A stretch of 44,926 nucleotides of DNA from Rotaria socialis (taxonomy: Eukaryota), in the NCBI GenBank assembly GCA_905331295.1, contig CAJNYD010000072.1, positions 50,735 through 95,660 of the forward strand, written 5' to 3'. Positions 24,092 through 37,423 of the stretch are shown here, piece by piece. The stretch's first letter is position 1. Every line of letters begins with the position of its first letter. The position numbers and the translations under genes were made by a program. The notes under the pieces are model-generated. The model had not been told where the DNA came from. It searched no databases and worked only from the letters and a program-made list of their open reading frames with translations.

Positions 24092-26592
24092 TCAGTAGGT
24101 CATGTCAAATTCTTTTCCAATACAATGCATGATATCACGTCCACCTAAACGAAGTCTAACAAGTGTCTCTAAGAACATAAAATAAGAACTAAGATACATA
24201 ATAACAAAAGAATGCTACAGTGTTTATTATTAATGTGCCACAGAAACTATTTGTACCAACCATTGTAGTTTCATTTTCATTTGTTAGTAAGTTGTATGAT
24301 ATTCTTGTAACGTAAAATAGTGTTCATGCGCAAATTGAGAATATAGTAAAAGTCACTCGAACAAAAGATACACTATCTTGATCATTAATCTGATTATCAA
24401 TAAGATCGGTTGTACGCAGTGTCTGAAAAAGAAAGACAGCAAATGAAAGAGAAACGGAATCAAAGTTGTAATTACTGTGTTGATTTGTACTGCCCTAACT
24501 AAACTATGTAATCCTGCATATTCAATACGATTTTCTTTCAGATTCAGCACAGTGACTGTCTGAAAAATCGTTAGATGACAAGGAAGAACTACCGTGTTAT
24601 GAATTAATGCGTCAGTTAAGTACCTTGCTCCATGATGTCCGATATTATTGTCAAGCAGTTCCAGCTTGTTGAGTGTCTATCAAGCTTCAAGTAGAAACAA
24701 AAAAAATTATGCTAGTCAAATTACGTTGTTATATTGTATTGCATTCGCAATATGTTGAATGCCACTGTCACCAATTCTAATATAACTAAGATAAAGTGTT
24801 TTGAGAGTCTACGAACGTACAGAATGCTCATGCAAAAATTAAAGAAACAATGATAATTACTTTATTATTTCTCAATTCTTGAGCCAGTTATTCAACTTCT
24901 TCGCCACCGATGTTCTCAGTGCTTAGATTCAAATCAGTTATTGCCTGTATGTGTAGAAATGATGTAGTATATATACAAATTATAAGAATAAGCTCTAAAA
25001 TACTTTATCGATCCGTAGTTGAATTATTTCTCCGATAACAGTTAAATAAGCATCCATATTTTTTCTTAGATTAAGTTTCATCAGCGTCTATGAGAATACA
25101 AAATAAATAATAGAAAGATCAATGAACAATCACCGTATTATCATGAAATCCAAAAGCCAAATGTAATGATCCAATCTTACTAATCTGATTTCCTTTCAGA
25201 TTTAATGTTCTTAATGTCTATCAATGAAATAAAAAAACTAATAGTAACTTAAGATCACCATGCTACTTACTTGTACAAAGAAGAGACGATACGCTCCTTC
25301 GTCACGGATTGCATTGTATCCAAGGTCGAATTTAATGAGTGTCTACGCAATAATATTAACGTTTTTGAACAATAAAGAATGCTTGACTGTCACATGATTA
25401 TATTTTTAATGCGTTAGTTAGCACGGTTTTATGACGCAGTTTGTCTGCCAGGTATTTGACTTAGTCATTACCGATTTCATTTTGCTGAAAGCTCAATGTG
25501 GTAATTTTCTATGAGAATGCGATATTCAGTGAAGAAAAAACGAATCGAACAAAATTTCACACTGTGTTATGTAGCAACGCGTCAGTCAGATGTTTCATTT
25601 CATTTGCTCGTATGCAATTCTGTAAGATTAACACTTTGGTAAGAAGATCGATGGTCATAAATATGAGATACCATGTTATTTTTCAAAGCTCCAGCAAAAT
25701 ATTTCATTCCTTTATCTTCAATATGGTTACCGAATAGATCCGGATTAATCAATGTCTAAAATCATTATTTTATTCAATATGGATTGATTATCGAATCGAT
25801 GTAAAATACCGTATTGTTTCTCAATACAGCAGCTAGACGAAATGCTCCTTTGTGGCAAATTTCGTTATATCTAAGACTTAACTTTCGAAGTGTCTGTAAA
25901 AGAAAAAAAATCAAAGTCGATCAAATAAAAATGTGTATATCGATTACTTTATTGTTTTGTAATCTATTAGCTATAGGATACACTCGCTTATCGCCAATAT
26001 CATTTCCGTCAAGTTGTAACGTAGTGAGACTCTATTGTAAGGATGTCATGCTATATTTTGAAAAAAGATTATCAATTCTAATATTCTCATACTTTATTAT
26101 TTCGAATTTCTATTTCTGCTCCGATGGCTACGTAAATCCCACCAATATTTCGTCTCAGATCGAGTTCTACTAATGTCTATGAAAATAAGATAAAAACTGA
26201 TGCGACCTATAAAACGCTAGTTAAAAATTATCGTCTTCTCTCGTAACACGTTAGCCAGATGCTCTGCTCCGGTATCGCCGATCTGATTTTCTCTAAGGTT
26301 GAGTGATCTTAACGCCTGTAAGATGAATGAAAAAATGATTATTAGAAAAACGACTGATGAATTATGATTACCGTATCATTTTGTAATGCTTTAGCGAGCT
26401 ATTCTGCATTTTTGTCATCGACATCGCCACGACTAAGATCGATTGTCGTGGGTGACTGCATTGGAAAGAACAATCACATAGAAAATTTTTCTGGTCAAAG
26501 AAAATGACTTTATTTTTCTTTATTGTAATCACTGTTTCTAGTACTGCTCCATTGGGCGTAAAATTTTGTTTTAATTTAAGACTTTTGAGTGT
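24092..26592 (-). pseudogene. RI-like (NLRC3-type) leucine-rich-repeat gene, one 28-aa repeat per 84-nt phase-0 exon, pseudogenised
   Basis: About 18-19 exons at ~140-bp spacing, e.g. ALRSLNLRENQIGDTGAEHLANVLREKT, SLTTLQLDGNDIGDKRVYPIANRLQNNK and TLNKLELLDNNIGHHGARYLTDALIHNT. In-frame stops at 26399-26401 and 25461-25463, a mutated donor near 26230 and a frameshifted exon near 26100-26176. Confidence 0.88.
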
Positions 26593-29378
26593 CTGCACAA
26601 ATCTCAAAATGTACACGAATTACACATATAAATATACTTGCTGTATTATTTTCTAAGAAACTATTAGTCGACGAAAAACGTTTCGCACGGTAACTATATT
26701 GTTTATTTTATTTTGCCCTTTATAAGGATATTTAAAAACATATACTGCTCTTAATTCCTTCATTACTCATATTCATCTTTTTGTATTTCTTTAAACTTTC
26801 TTTTTAAATTGATTAAATACTAAAATCATTAAAAAGGCGACATTTGATACGTTTCTTCCTTACTCAGAGATGAAGCAAGCAACCAAGAAGACATTATGAA
26901 TATATTACATGTGTATAATCTCTCTCACTCTCTCTATATATATGTGCATTGTACTATAATTTTATTCATTGAAATAAAATAAAATATTCATCGCAACACG
27001 AACAAAATTGTTTTCATTGACTAATTTTTTAATGATGTATATTCTCAACTGTTCCGATCCATAAACACTTCAAAACTAGCACGTTTATAATTACATATGA
27101 TTATTCGATTCATAGAAATATTCACAATATAAATAAAACAATATTCAAAAAAACAACTAACCGTAAACTTTCATCTCGGTGAGTATAATCTCTGTCTAAA
27201 ATAATAATATCGAATAGTAGTTCTATGTACATATTAACATTTACGTAATATTTGTCATAGATTAAATTGATATTAACCGCATTTTTCTAGAATAAGTATC
27301 TTGTTTTTTTTCAAACTTCTTATTCGTCTTTAATGTGTCATATGCATATTCACTTCCTCTTTTTTTATGCAAACAATTATTCATTTTTCTAGTTATCTTA
27401 CATTCGATAAGCAATATATATATATATATATAGAATCTATTTTGTTTTTCATAAGACTAATCAAAACACTTTTTAACAATTATTTTACTTGTTTTTATAA
27501 AAATACATTTTAAAATAGAGATTATATGAATTATTCGATAAATAGATTGAATACTAAATAAGAGAACAACATATATTTCGTTCCTATTTGATTAAAATGA
27601 TTAGCTAAGCTTAAAAATAATAATTTTGTTTTTGTTTTTAAAATATTTACCTAAAATTGTCACTGTTAAAATGACAATAGTTTATTCAAAATAAATCTAT
27701 TTAATTTAAAAATAGGTAAATAAAGGTTCATTTGAACAAAGACTATTTAAATAGATCTAAACATATAAATATAAATATGATTAAAGTTAATAATAATATA
27801 TATTCAAGAAAATTACTTTTTATGTAAAAATTTTTAATATTCAAAATGAAAAACTTCAATTTATATTTTGCTAAAACAATATTATTTAAATTAATCAAAA
27901 TTTAATATTCAACATTAAATATCTAATCTGTTTTAAATTATTATTAGAGAACGTTTTCATGAATAATTATTTATTGAATTTTATTTAAATATTACAATAG
28001 TCAATATAACGATGATATGCAGTTATATATTATATCAAACAAATAAAATTATAAATGTATTTACACATAATATTATCAAAGCTGAATATTATTTTATTCG
28101 TCAATTCTCTCTTCAGTTTCAATCGAGAAAAAAAGAATATTTTATTTGAAATATCTGTTTGAATGAAAATATCTAAACAATTGATTTGTTTTGATTCTGT
28201 TGAACTATTTATTAAAAGAATCTAATTATTTTCAAATCTAAAAAGAGTCAAATCAGAAACAATACATTATGATAACAAAGTAAAATCTTTCACGATATAT
28301 AAATAAATATTATTCATGGAAATTTTATCGATCTATTTGAACAAATTTAGACTATTTATTGAATTTTATTTTAATAAATCCATAAAAAAATTATTAATCA
28401 AAGTCAATAATAATAAAGATTAAAATCGAACGATTATCTTGAATTTGGTCGAAAAGAAAAATGTCGAAACTGAGATGATACTTCCATACTTTTTTTTTTC
28501 TTCGTGAAAATGAATCAGCCAGTAGACTGAATTAAAACACAACGTTTACTATTAAAAGAAGTCTAAAACGTTTTTTGGGAATGATTGTTAATACATCTTT
28601 AAACAATGTTCTATCTGCTTGATTAAAACTTCTTTTTTACCACAATTGAATACAAACTGTAATGCTGTTGTTCTTGTGTCTTTCAGCTTCGGTGCACCAG
28701 ATGGTTATTCAAGTTTATACCTTTTTTATTCGAATTAATGAAATATCAATCATCGCTGATGATAGATATTGAATCAGAAGGGGCTATCAGTTTTATTTTG
28801 TTTCTCGAATAATGAATGATTGACGATTCTTATTCGTATTCTTCTTTGTCCATTTCTTTGTACTGAATGAACAATAGTGTGATAGATAGATCATAAATTT
28901 TCAATAAGATAAGTCAATATTCGTCGTGAAATAACGACATCTTCATCACACACTTTTCCAAACCGTCTTCATTTAAAATTTCCTTTTTTACAACAAGGTT
29001 TTATTGCAATGTTCGTATTTTCGACATTCTTGCTTTCGACCAAATTCAAGTTTACCACACGCGCATTAAGAAGAGAATCGAATGCATTCAACATCGAATG
29101 GTTATTCAAGAAGTGCTAAAAGACGAAAATGTTTTTATATAAAATTAACTCATTTTATCTATTTTTTAAATATTTAGTGCGATTAATGTGTACCGATTTA
29201 ACATGAGATATTGAAAAAAATTCTGATGAAAATATGCCCAATAAATATCAGTTGAGTTGGCATAAAATATAAAGAATTTTAATTTATCTGTTTCTATTAG
29301 ATTGTCGGATGTAAAAGATTCATGTCGGATTGAATATTATGCACACTTTATTCAATTTAATGTTCAACAATTAAAAAA

Positions 29379-29967
29379 ATAGGTAATGAAAATTTTGGCA
29401 TGGTTACTTTAACTCAACTTGAACATAGACCAGATGTGATTTTTGCATGTAAACTTAGTTTAAATCGAATTAATTTTATAGAAAAAAACATAATAATAAT
29501 ATTTCGTTAGACAATGACACTTGAAAATCATGGAAATAATAGTTATTCATCAGAAAGTGATTCAAAAGCAATGAGAACAGTTGGAAATGATCGCCATCCG
29601 CATATAGTTCATTTTTTTGTGTTGCTCGTATTGATTTAATTGAAGGGCAATTAATTATTTGTATGGAAGTTCTTGATAGATTTTATCCTATTCTTCATTC
29701 ATGTTTTAAGCCAACTAATATCGTATTAGATTTATTTATACGAAGATTAGCAAAACGTGTTTGTTCTGTTTTTATTTTATTGACAACGAATTCGTTTAGA
29801 TTATTTTAGCACTTGATTACCTTAAATCAAAAAATTTAATTCATCGAGATATAAAAACACAAAATATTTTAGTTGGATGCCACGCCAATCAGTATTTTAA
29901 TTATGGGATTTTGGAATATATGGAACTTTGAAAGATTCTCTGTCATCAATTCATCGTGGATCATTAG
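29379..29967 (+). pseudogene. MAP kinase kinase (MAP2K/STE7-like) pseudogene, 3'-truncated
   Basis: Collinear motifs IGNENFGMV..FACK, HPHIVHF..LIICMEVLDRFY, ALDYLKSKNLIHRDIKTQNIL and LWDFGIYGTLKDS. There are frameshifts (DFG is out of frame with HRD), and it ends at a TIR element just before the expected APE motif. Confidence 0.8.
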
Positions 29968-30293
29968 CAGGGTTGCCACCTCTTCCGCTTTTTCCGCTGT
30001 TCCACTTTTTCCCGCTTTTTCGTATGAAACGTGTTGCATATCAAGCATGAGGACAGAATAATATTTAATATTATTGAATCAATTCTTATTGTTTACAAAT
30101 GCCGTGAGTCATGATTCTTTTATGTTTGAAACTTTGATGAAATAAAAAGAAATCCAATAAATATGAAAGAATGCCGAATATTATCAGAAGCATTACAAAT
30201 CTGGAACAATATAAACTTCCGCCCTTTTTCCACTTTTTCTGTTTTTCTTTCCACTATTTTCCGCCTTTTAGACTTCATTAGGTCGCAACCATG
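29968..30293. mobile_element. hAT-like MITE (CAGGGTTGCCACCT termini)
   Basis: CAGGGTTGCCACCT / AGGTCGCAACCATG with TTCCGCTTTT subterminal repeats. No TSD match. Confidence 0.65.
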
Positions 30294-30602
30294 TACGGAA
30301 GTCTCTATTTTCCCCCTTGAATAATGAGAATAGAAAAGCGAACTGCGTAATTATTTACTATTTATAATTGTTCCAGAAAAGACAACTGAATTTTCCTATA
30401 AACAAAAAAAAAGTTGAAAAACTGTAACTTATGAATACCTTATTCTTGTTACATGATTAGCCGTGAAAATTCCTATTAGATAATTCTGAATTATCTTGGT
30501 ATTGTTTGCAGTGCTTTTTATGTTTCTTTAATTCATTTTCGAATAGGTGTTTGACATTTTTGTGAATATTTACTTATTGATATTCAAATTCTTTCATTTG
30601 TA

Positions 30603-30763
30603 CAGGGACGGCGCGAAGCAACATAAATATAGGGGGGTTACTTGAAAACGGGAGGTTTTTTTTTCAAAAATCGGAGTAAATTAATAAAAATCTCTTCTAT
30701 TTTCTTCAAGTCGGAGTAAAATTGAAACAAAAATTTCCAAAGTTGGGGGGAACGCCGTCCCTG
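30603..30763. mobile_element. hAT MITE with perfect 8-bp TSD
   Basis: TIR CAGGGACGGCG / CGCCGTCCCTG, with TSD CATTTGTA on both sides. Confidence 0.92.
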
Positions 30764-30873
30764 CATTTGTAACTGTTTACCAATTATCAACTACAGTAAT
30801 AGACTCATCCGATTGCTTTTTTAAAGTTTATTCTGTTTTAAAATGTTCGAGCAAAATAATTTCCCGTTAGCTG

Positions 30874-31465
30874 TAGGGGTGTTACTTTATCTTTATTGAT
30901 CTTTATATTAAAGAATGAAGATAAATGAAATCTTTATATTTATAAAATAAAGATAAATATAATCTTTATTTGTAAAAAGAAAGTTAAAATAAAGAAAAAA
31001 GAAAGATTTTCTGCAGTCACTGGTAAATAGATAAATAATTTGTATAACAACAGAAAACATTGATTGCAGTTCTTGTTTATCATCGCTGACATTGCAGCAT
31101 GAAATAATACCAGCAAATGAAGGTGAGGCATAAATCATTTATGGAAAATATCTATTGTTCAAAATTTTTTTAGCCTTGAACTTCTGAATTTTCTTCGAGC
31201 TATCCGGAGAAGATCAAATTTTGGGCTTTTAAGGAAAAACACTTTTCTTTATTCTTTATTTTATCGTTATTAAATAAAGATAAAGCTACTTTTTCTTTCT
31301 TTTATAAAATAAAGATCAAGATTATCGTTATCTTTACTTTATAAATATAAATATTTAATTTATCTTTATTTTTTAAAGAATAAAGATTTCATTTATCTTT
31401 AGTTTTTAAATATAAAGGTTTTATTTATCTTTAAAAAATAAAGTAAATATAAAGTAACACCCTTA
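30874..31465. mobile_element. hAT MITE (TAGGGGTGTTAC termini) with ATCTTTAT repeats
   Basis: TIR TAGGGGTGTTACTTTAT / ATAAAGTAACACCCTTA. The 8-bp flanks gttagctg / atcagctg match at 6 of 8. Confidence 0.85.
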
Positions 31466-32401
31466 ATCAGCTGCTTGTATAATATGATCCGAAGAAATTG
31501 CGTAGATTTATTTAGTATTATTGTATGGCCTGTTTTCACTTGTTGAGATTTAACAAATTTTATTGATATTGAAATGGTTGCTTTCCATGCTTTAACTCAT
31601 ACAGATTTTTCTTAATCAAAAAGAAACTTTGAATAATAATGAGTAGATTTTAAATCTATAAACGATAGTTCATCGTTTACAATCATACGAAATATACAAC
31701 GTCCTGGAGGTCCGTAAGAACAAAATGCTATAATATCCTCTGTGAAATCTATAAGTTTTTTGATAAATACCTGTTACCACAAATATTTCAGTACAATTTA
31801 CTTTTATTAGTATTGAAATTTGAGTTCGTTCCCGTTTGGAACCAAAAAATAGTAGTTGAATTTAGCAAGCAGACGCCAGATGAAGACTATATGTGAGATA
31901 TTTTTCTAGTCGTTTGTAAAAACTAGTGCAGTAGCAAATTGATTAAGTTATCAAACGTTTTTATAATCCGTTTTTTTAAATAGAAGACGCTTAAAATGAA
32001 GCGATCCGTTTATACTTTCGACTTGAAACTCTAAATAGATGTGTCTTAAATCACAACCCAGAAAATTTTGCTAATCTAACTCATTTTTTATTCGATATTT
32101 TCAAGATTTTTTAAATAGACAAAAGAAATATATTTTTCTTCTATTACGTCTAAAAACGCGAATAAATAAAATTTTCAATTTTACACTAATATTATAGGTT
32201 TTTGGCTCTATTAATATGACACAAAATAATTCATACGAACTTGTACATAAGGGAATATTTATAGGATAAGATCTACAAACACGAATTTATACATTTTGAC
32301 GTGAATTAAATACATTAAATAGGTTAACTACGTTTTAGAAGTTGAACGACATTTATTTTGCTTATTAAAGTTTTATAAAAAAAGCCATCATATGCAACAT
32401 G

Positions 32402-33058
32402 TCATCGAGTACAGAAGGCACTGAATTTTCCATTGCCCGCTTTTGGTACACAACAGTCAAAATTAGCAGGCTTTGATTGTCGAATATAATGCATTGCAAA
32501 GAAATCATTTTGAATCCAAAGAAATTTATTTAACGCAAGAATAACTGATTTTTTCTTTTGGGCAGCAATTTGTTCGTTTGATAAAATAACGTCAAGGAGA
32601 ATATGTTCAACATAAGCAAAAAGAATATTAATGTGAATATAATCAATATCAACTGATTCTGAACCGGCCATTTTTGTGTGAATTTTTCCAACATGAGATA
32701 AATATTCTAGAAATGCATCATTCCAAACTTTTTGTCTTAAAACTCTTTTAAAATATTTAGAAAGAGCTGTTCGGCGAAATATCATTTGTTCAGATTCTAA
32801 TGTTAATTCAGATTCATTAACGGGTACAGCGCCTGTAAAGCCAAAATGACGCATTACAAAATAACGTTTTGTAATGTCAAAATCGAGTACTTTTTGAAAT
32901 ATTTGATCAACTATTATTGGAATAAGTGGAACGGCAAGCCTACCCAAATCATTAAGAGCAGCAATATCATCTGTCGTAAACTTGATAAATTTTGATAAAT
33001 ACTCGAAACGATTTCGAAGACTATTTTCAATTAAGCTTTTATCGATGTGTTCAGTCAT
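32402..33058 (-). CDS. Protoglobin / sensor-globin-fold protein, intronless CDS, 218 aa
   Basis: Uninterrupted ORF with RFEYLSKFIKFTTDDIAAL, YLSHVGKIHT (candidate proximal His), IDYIHIN and ALNKFLWIQNDFFAMHY, typical of the protoglobin domain (PF11563) as recalled from fungal and bacterial members. Confidence 0.85.
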   Translation of the reverse strand: MTEHIDKSLIENSLRNRFEYLSKFIKFTTDDIAALNDLGRLAVPLIPIIVDQIFQKVLDFDITKRYFVMRHFGFTGAVPVNESELTLESEQMIFRRTALSKYFKRVLRQKVWNDAFLEYLSHVGKIHTKMAGSESVDIDYIHINILFAYVEHILLDVILSNEQIAAQKKKSVILALNKFLWIQNDFFAMHYIRQSKPANFDCCVPKAGNGKFSAFCTR

Positions 33059-34503
33059 ATTATGCGGTGTTGATTTCAGATGGTTGCTAAATAAAAAATG
33101 AAATGAAGTAAAGCATTACAAATTCTGTCTACTATTTAAGTATATCATTTTCTCGTTTCTGTCGCTTCAAAACATGTGAATGCAAAGTAACCAGACAGAA
33201 AATTATCCAACGACAAGATAAATTCTTAGAGAAAAAAACTTTGAAGAAAAATGGATTTTTTTGAGGTGAAGGTCGATGATATTTAATTATTTTTGTCATT
33301 ATCAGTTTGTCTCTTCGATTCTATTTCTGAAAATTTTCAGCACAACAGTTTTTTAGTTAACAGTTCGAAATGCAACGCTCCTGCTGCTTCTGAAATTTCT
33401 ACGCGCTCTGCCTTTCTCTCTCTTTCTCGTGGTCATCAGTCAGCCCAATATGCATCCAGGTGACGTAGGATCCAGCACTTTGCTCAATATTGTAATATTT
33501 TAATAAAAGATAAATTTTCTATGCACATCTTCGTCTTATTTTCGATTTTATGAAAAAAATAGTTTGCTGGCATATAGCTGATCATACATCATTTAATACA
33601 CCGGATTGATGTCATGCTTATCATTTATTCTGCTCTACAACTACCGCTCAAATTAGTGTCAATAGCGAAACTAAAACAGTCATTGAGCAAATTGTCTCAT
33701 AAAATAAGGACAAAAATCAATTAAAATATGATTATAAGCTAAAACAAAAACCATTATTATCGGTTTTGCAACGAAAAAAATCCGATTATTGTGCATCCTT
33801 TTTTCGATGAGATAATTATCTATACTAATTCTCCACTAAATCTTAATTAATTTTAATCTGTTAATTGTTTATTAGTCGATGCTTATCATATATATATATA
33901 TAGACATTAAGCGCTTTTATCGAGATTAGAACGTTTAATCCAAATGCTCCTAGTTTTTTCAAAATTATTTGTGTTCAGGAAACATGACATTGCCTCCACT
34001 AAGTTAAAACCCGGCAAATAGAATAAACTGAGATGGCCTAAATGATATCGGTTAACTGCGCAAAATAAATTTTTTGTTCGGTAATACTCCGAAAATAAAA
34101 TAAACTCGGAACTTATCATTCATAACGATTGATTTAAACTTGAGTTTTCGATCTTCAGTAAATATTCCCTACTAATTTAACATTCTTCTAATCAGTATTA
34201 ATAGATTTTTTTATGGTAAAATCTAGTTTAACAGAGGTTGAATATGAAATCGATTCTTTAGATGGCATAGGAAAAAAAACGATTTTTGCAAATTTTTAAC
34301 AGTTTTATTTACATTATACGTTGCCAATAAAAATAAGTTGGACCGAAAGAAAATGTTAAAAAGAACTAATGAATGTGTGACGTTAAAGTCACAAGGTTGT
34401 TATTGTTGACAAGTGAAGGAAAAAATAGCCATTAATTTATGTCAAGGGTATGGCAAAAAGGAGATTTTTGACTTTCGATCTGCGCTGATTAACCTTTCCT
34501 GAC

Positions 34504-34603
34504 TAGGGGTGTCAATTTACAGTTTATTTTATTTAAATTTAACTTTTTGAAAATTTATGTCTCGATTTAATAAATTTTTTAAAATTAAAATGTGACACCC
34601 CTA
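34504..34603. mobile_element. 100-bp hAT mini-MITE
   Basis: TAGGGGTGTCA / TGACACCCCTA ends, with flanks ttcctgac / ttcctgag (7 of 8). Confidence 0.8.
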
Positions 34604-34870
34604 TTCCTGAGTAATTCTTATTTTGTCGCGAACGTAAGCAATGATAATTATTCGTGCACGACATGACGAAGACAAAAGTGAAATAAGGAAAAACAGAAAG
34701 CGTATCAGATAAACAACAGTTAACACTACTGATTAACAAAAATTCTTTAAGATATTCGACGTGTTTTGCTAAACATAAGAAGAGAATCCGATATAATCTC
34801 TTTTTTCATGACAATAAAAAATTTTCTTTGTGTTAAAATTACTTTGGATTTGAGGATGTGAGTGATGGAG

Positions 34871-35658
34871 TAGGGGTGGACCATTTTTTTTAACGGAACT
34901 TAATTAATGACATTAATTAATGACTTCCATTAGCCATTAATATTAATGGTTAATGTTTTCTAAGACAAACTTAATTCATTAATATTAATGATTAATGAAA
35001 AACATTAACATTAATTTTAAAATTAATGTTTTCATTAATCATTAATATTAATGTCAATGTTCTCAAATGATATTAACGGTTAACGGAAACATTCACCATT
35101 AGTATGAATAGTAATGTTTTCGTTAATATTAGGGATTATATTTTCATTAATCATTAATATTAATGTTAATGTTTTCATGAAAACATTAATTTTTCCATAT
35201 TACTGAATTAGGCTTTTGTAAGGAAACATTATCTACAATTATTAATCAATTAACTGATCCTAATAGATAATGTTTTCTCCGAAAGTGTTAATTACTTAAT
35301 ATGGAAAGTTATAATGCTTTCCTGAAAACATTAACCATTAATATTAAGTCATTGATTTTAATGAAAACATTAACATTAATATTAATGATTAATGAAAGTA
35401 TAATCCATAATATTAACGAAAACATTGCTATTCATACTAATGGTGAATGTTTCCGTTAACCGGTAATATCATTTAAGAACATTCACATTAATATTAATGA
35501 TTAATGAAAACATTAATTTTAAAATTAATGTTAATGTTTTTCATTAATCATTAATATTAATGAATTAAATTTTTCTTAGAAAACATTAAGCATTAATATT
35601 AATGGTTAATGAGAAACATTAACATTAATATAAAATTAATGTTAATGGCCCACCCCTA
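34871..35658. mobile_element. hAT MITE with foldback ATTAAT-rich interior and perfect TSD
   Basis: TAGGGGTGGACCATT / AATGGCCCACCCCTA ends and TSD TGATGGAG on both sides. The interior is a long imperfect palindrome of CATTAATATTAATG units. Confidence 0.93.
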
Positions 35659-36017
35659 TGATGGAGTACAAATTTTCGAAAGCTATCCTTGTTATCATTC
35701 CTTATATGTCACAAACTAACATTGATCATCAAGTGCAGACAAAATTCAGCGCTACAGAAAGAAGAAAGAAATGTTGCCTGTCTGGAAAACGATTTGTTTC
35801 ATAAGAGTAGCAAAAGTACACGTCTTTTCCACCTTATTCTTTTGCTTTATATATCTATCGATTTATTAATGGCATCTCGCTGATTTTCTTTCAGGCTGTT
35901 TCTTTTGGCAAGAATAAAAGTTAACACTGTATTAAAATTTAACGCAAAAAAGGTTAATATGTTCTTCCATGTTTAATATATGAGGTCTACGAAACAAAAA
36001 TAAATCAAATATTTTTA

Positions 36018-36454
36018 ATGTTTGGCTATCACTACCAGAGAGTAAAAGACTCGCACCTACACCCTTTATTGATAAAAAGAATAAATTACGAAACAAGTCT
36101 CTCAATAGATACACTCGTCTTCTCCAATTTCACAATCCATTATTTCAGCGCAGCCGAAGAATTCATTAAAAAACATGAACCCAGGAACAAACTGAAACTT
36201 AATGCTGCTCAATCTAGAATCAGATGCACTCGTCTTACACGGAAAGCCTTGAGGCGTACGTTAAATTCCATTGATCTCAAAAAAGGATTTACAGAGATTG
36301 GATCTATTTGAACAGATTGTTCTATTGTATCACTTCAAACGTTACCTGACTATGTTGATGATCATACTAAAGAATCTCATCAAATGCAACCTAATGTTCA
36401 TAATGATGTCATTCAAAATCATATTACAAACGAAGCGAACCTGGCCAATCAATA
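36018..36454 (+). pseudogene. Possible decayed C-terminal part of a pogo/Tigger-like transposase
   Basis: IDTLVFSNF...AEEFIKKH..KLKLNAAQSRIRCTRLT..IDLKKGFTEIG*TD reads through one stop. The resemblance is from memory only. Confidence 0.3.
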
Positions 36455-37139
36455 ACACACACAAGTGATGCTAAAGAATGGTGGTAAACAATTGAAGTGA
36501 GATGAATTATGAAAAAAAAACTATTATATTTATGTAGCTTACGTAAATTTATGTTTTTTGATTTTCATCCCTCGTCAATTCGAAATTGCGAATTGAACTT
36601 AAAAAATAAATATTTATCTCAAGACTTCTAAAACTTTCTGTCAACATAGACTCTATGTTCCAAATAGAAGGCCCCCCTTTAAAATTTCATCTTTGTCATT
36701 ATATAAAACTCTGGGTCTTTTATTCCCGGAGGGGGTTTACTTTCAAAGCTGATTAACTATATGTATTATCTGTGTTCGGCTTCTCGTTCTGATTGTAAGT
36801 ATGCAAACGACTACAAGGCTTGTTCATAGGTAACGTACTTATCGGTTTCTTTTCGCAAACACTTAGAGACTATGGCTTTTACAGCTATTATTACCATAAA
36901 TGGAGGTTCAATGATAGCAAAATATAACTCAACCTTCCAGTAGCTGCCTAATCCGACTTCGAATATAAATAGAAAAAAACTACTTTCATGTTTTCACGCC
37001 ACCGTCGAGAAAAGATTTAGCTTTTATAAATTATAAAATTTATAAATTGATTCCACTCCCATTTATAATTGATTAGATGCGTTCCGAGAGCATCTCCGGA
37101 AACTCGATTAAGTGCTAGGGAATCAAACCTCGCAGATAT

Positions 37140-37423
37140 AATAGATATAGAGATATACAGCATATAGGGGGTCTAGGGGATCTAGGAGTTATAGGAGGTA
37201 CAGGAGATATAGGAGTTATAGTTGACATATGAGTTATAGGAGATATAGGAGATTACTAAATAACGAGCAAGATTCAACAAATAAATATTGATATCAGTAA
37301 TATCTGTGACAGAAAATTTTATTTTAGTTGAGTCATAATTAAATTAAATTAAGAGATGAAAGAGAAAAGAAATATAACTCATATATCTCCTATAATCCCT
37401 ATAACTCCTGTACCCCCTAGACC
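37140..37423. repeat. Inverted pair of ~10-bp periodic GGAG(A/T)TATA repeat blocks
   Basis: GGGGTCTAGG...GGAGTTATAGGAGGTACAGGAGATATAG (37166-37255) is mirrored by CTCCTATA...CTCCTGTACCCCCTAGACC (37376-37423). Confidence 0.65.

Noticed and set aside
27880..29120. Degraded coding-like sequence and a ~32-bp inverted similarity (28438-28470 vs 29019-29050)
   Set aside because: Too decayed to assign a product or element boundaries.
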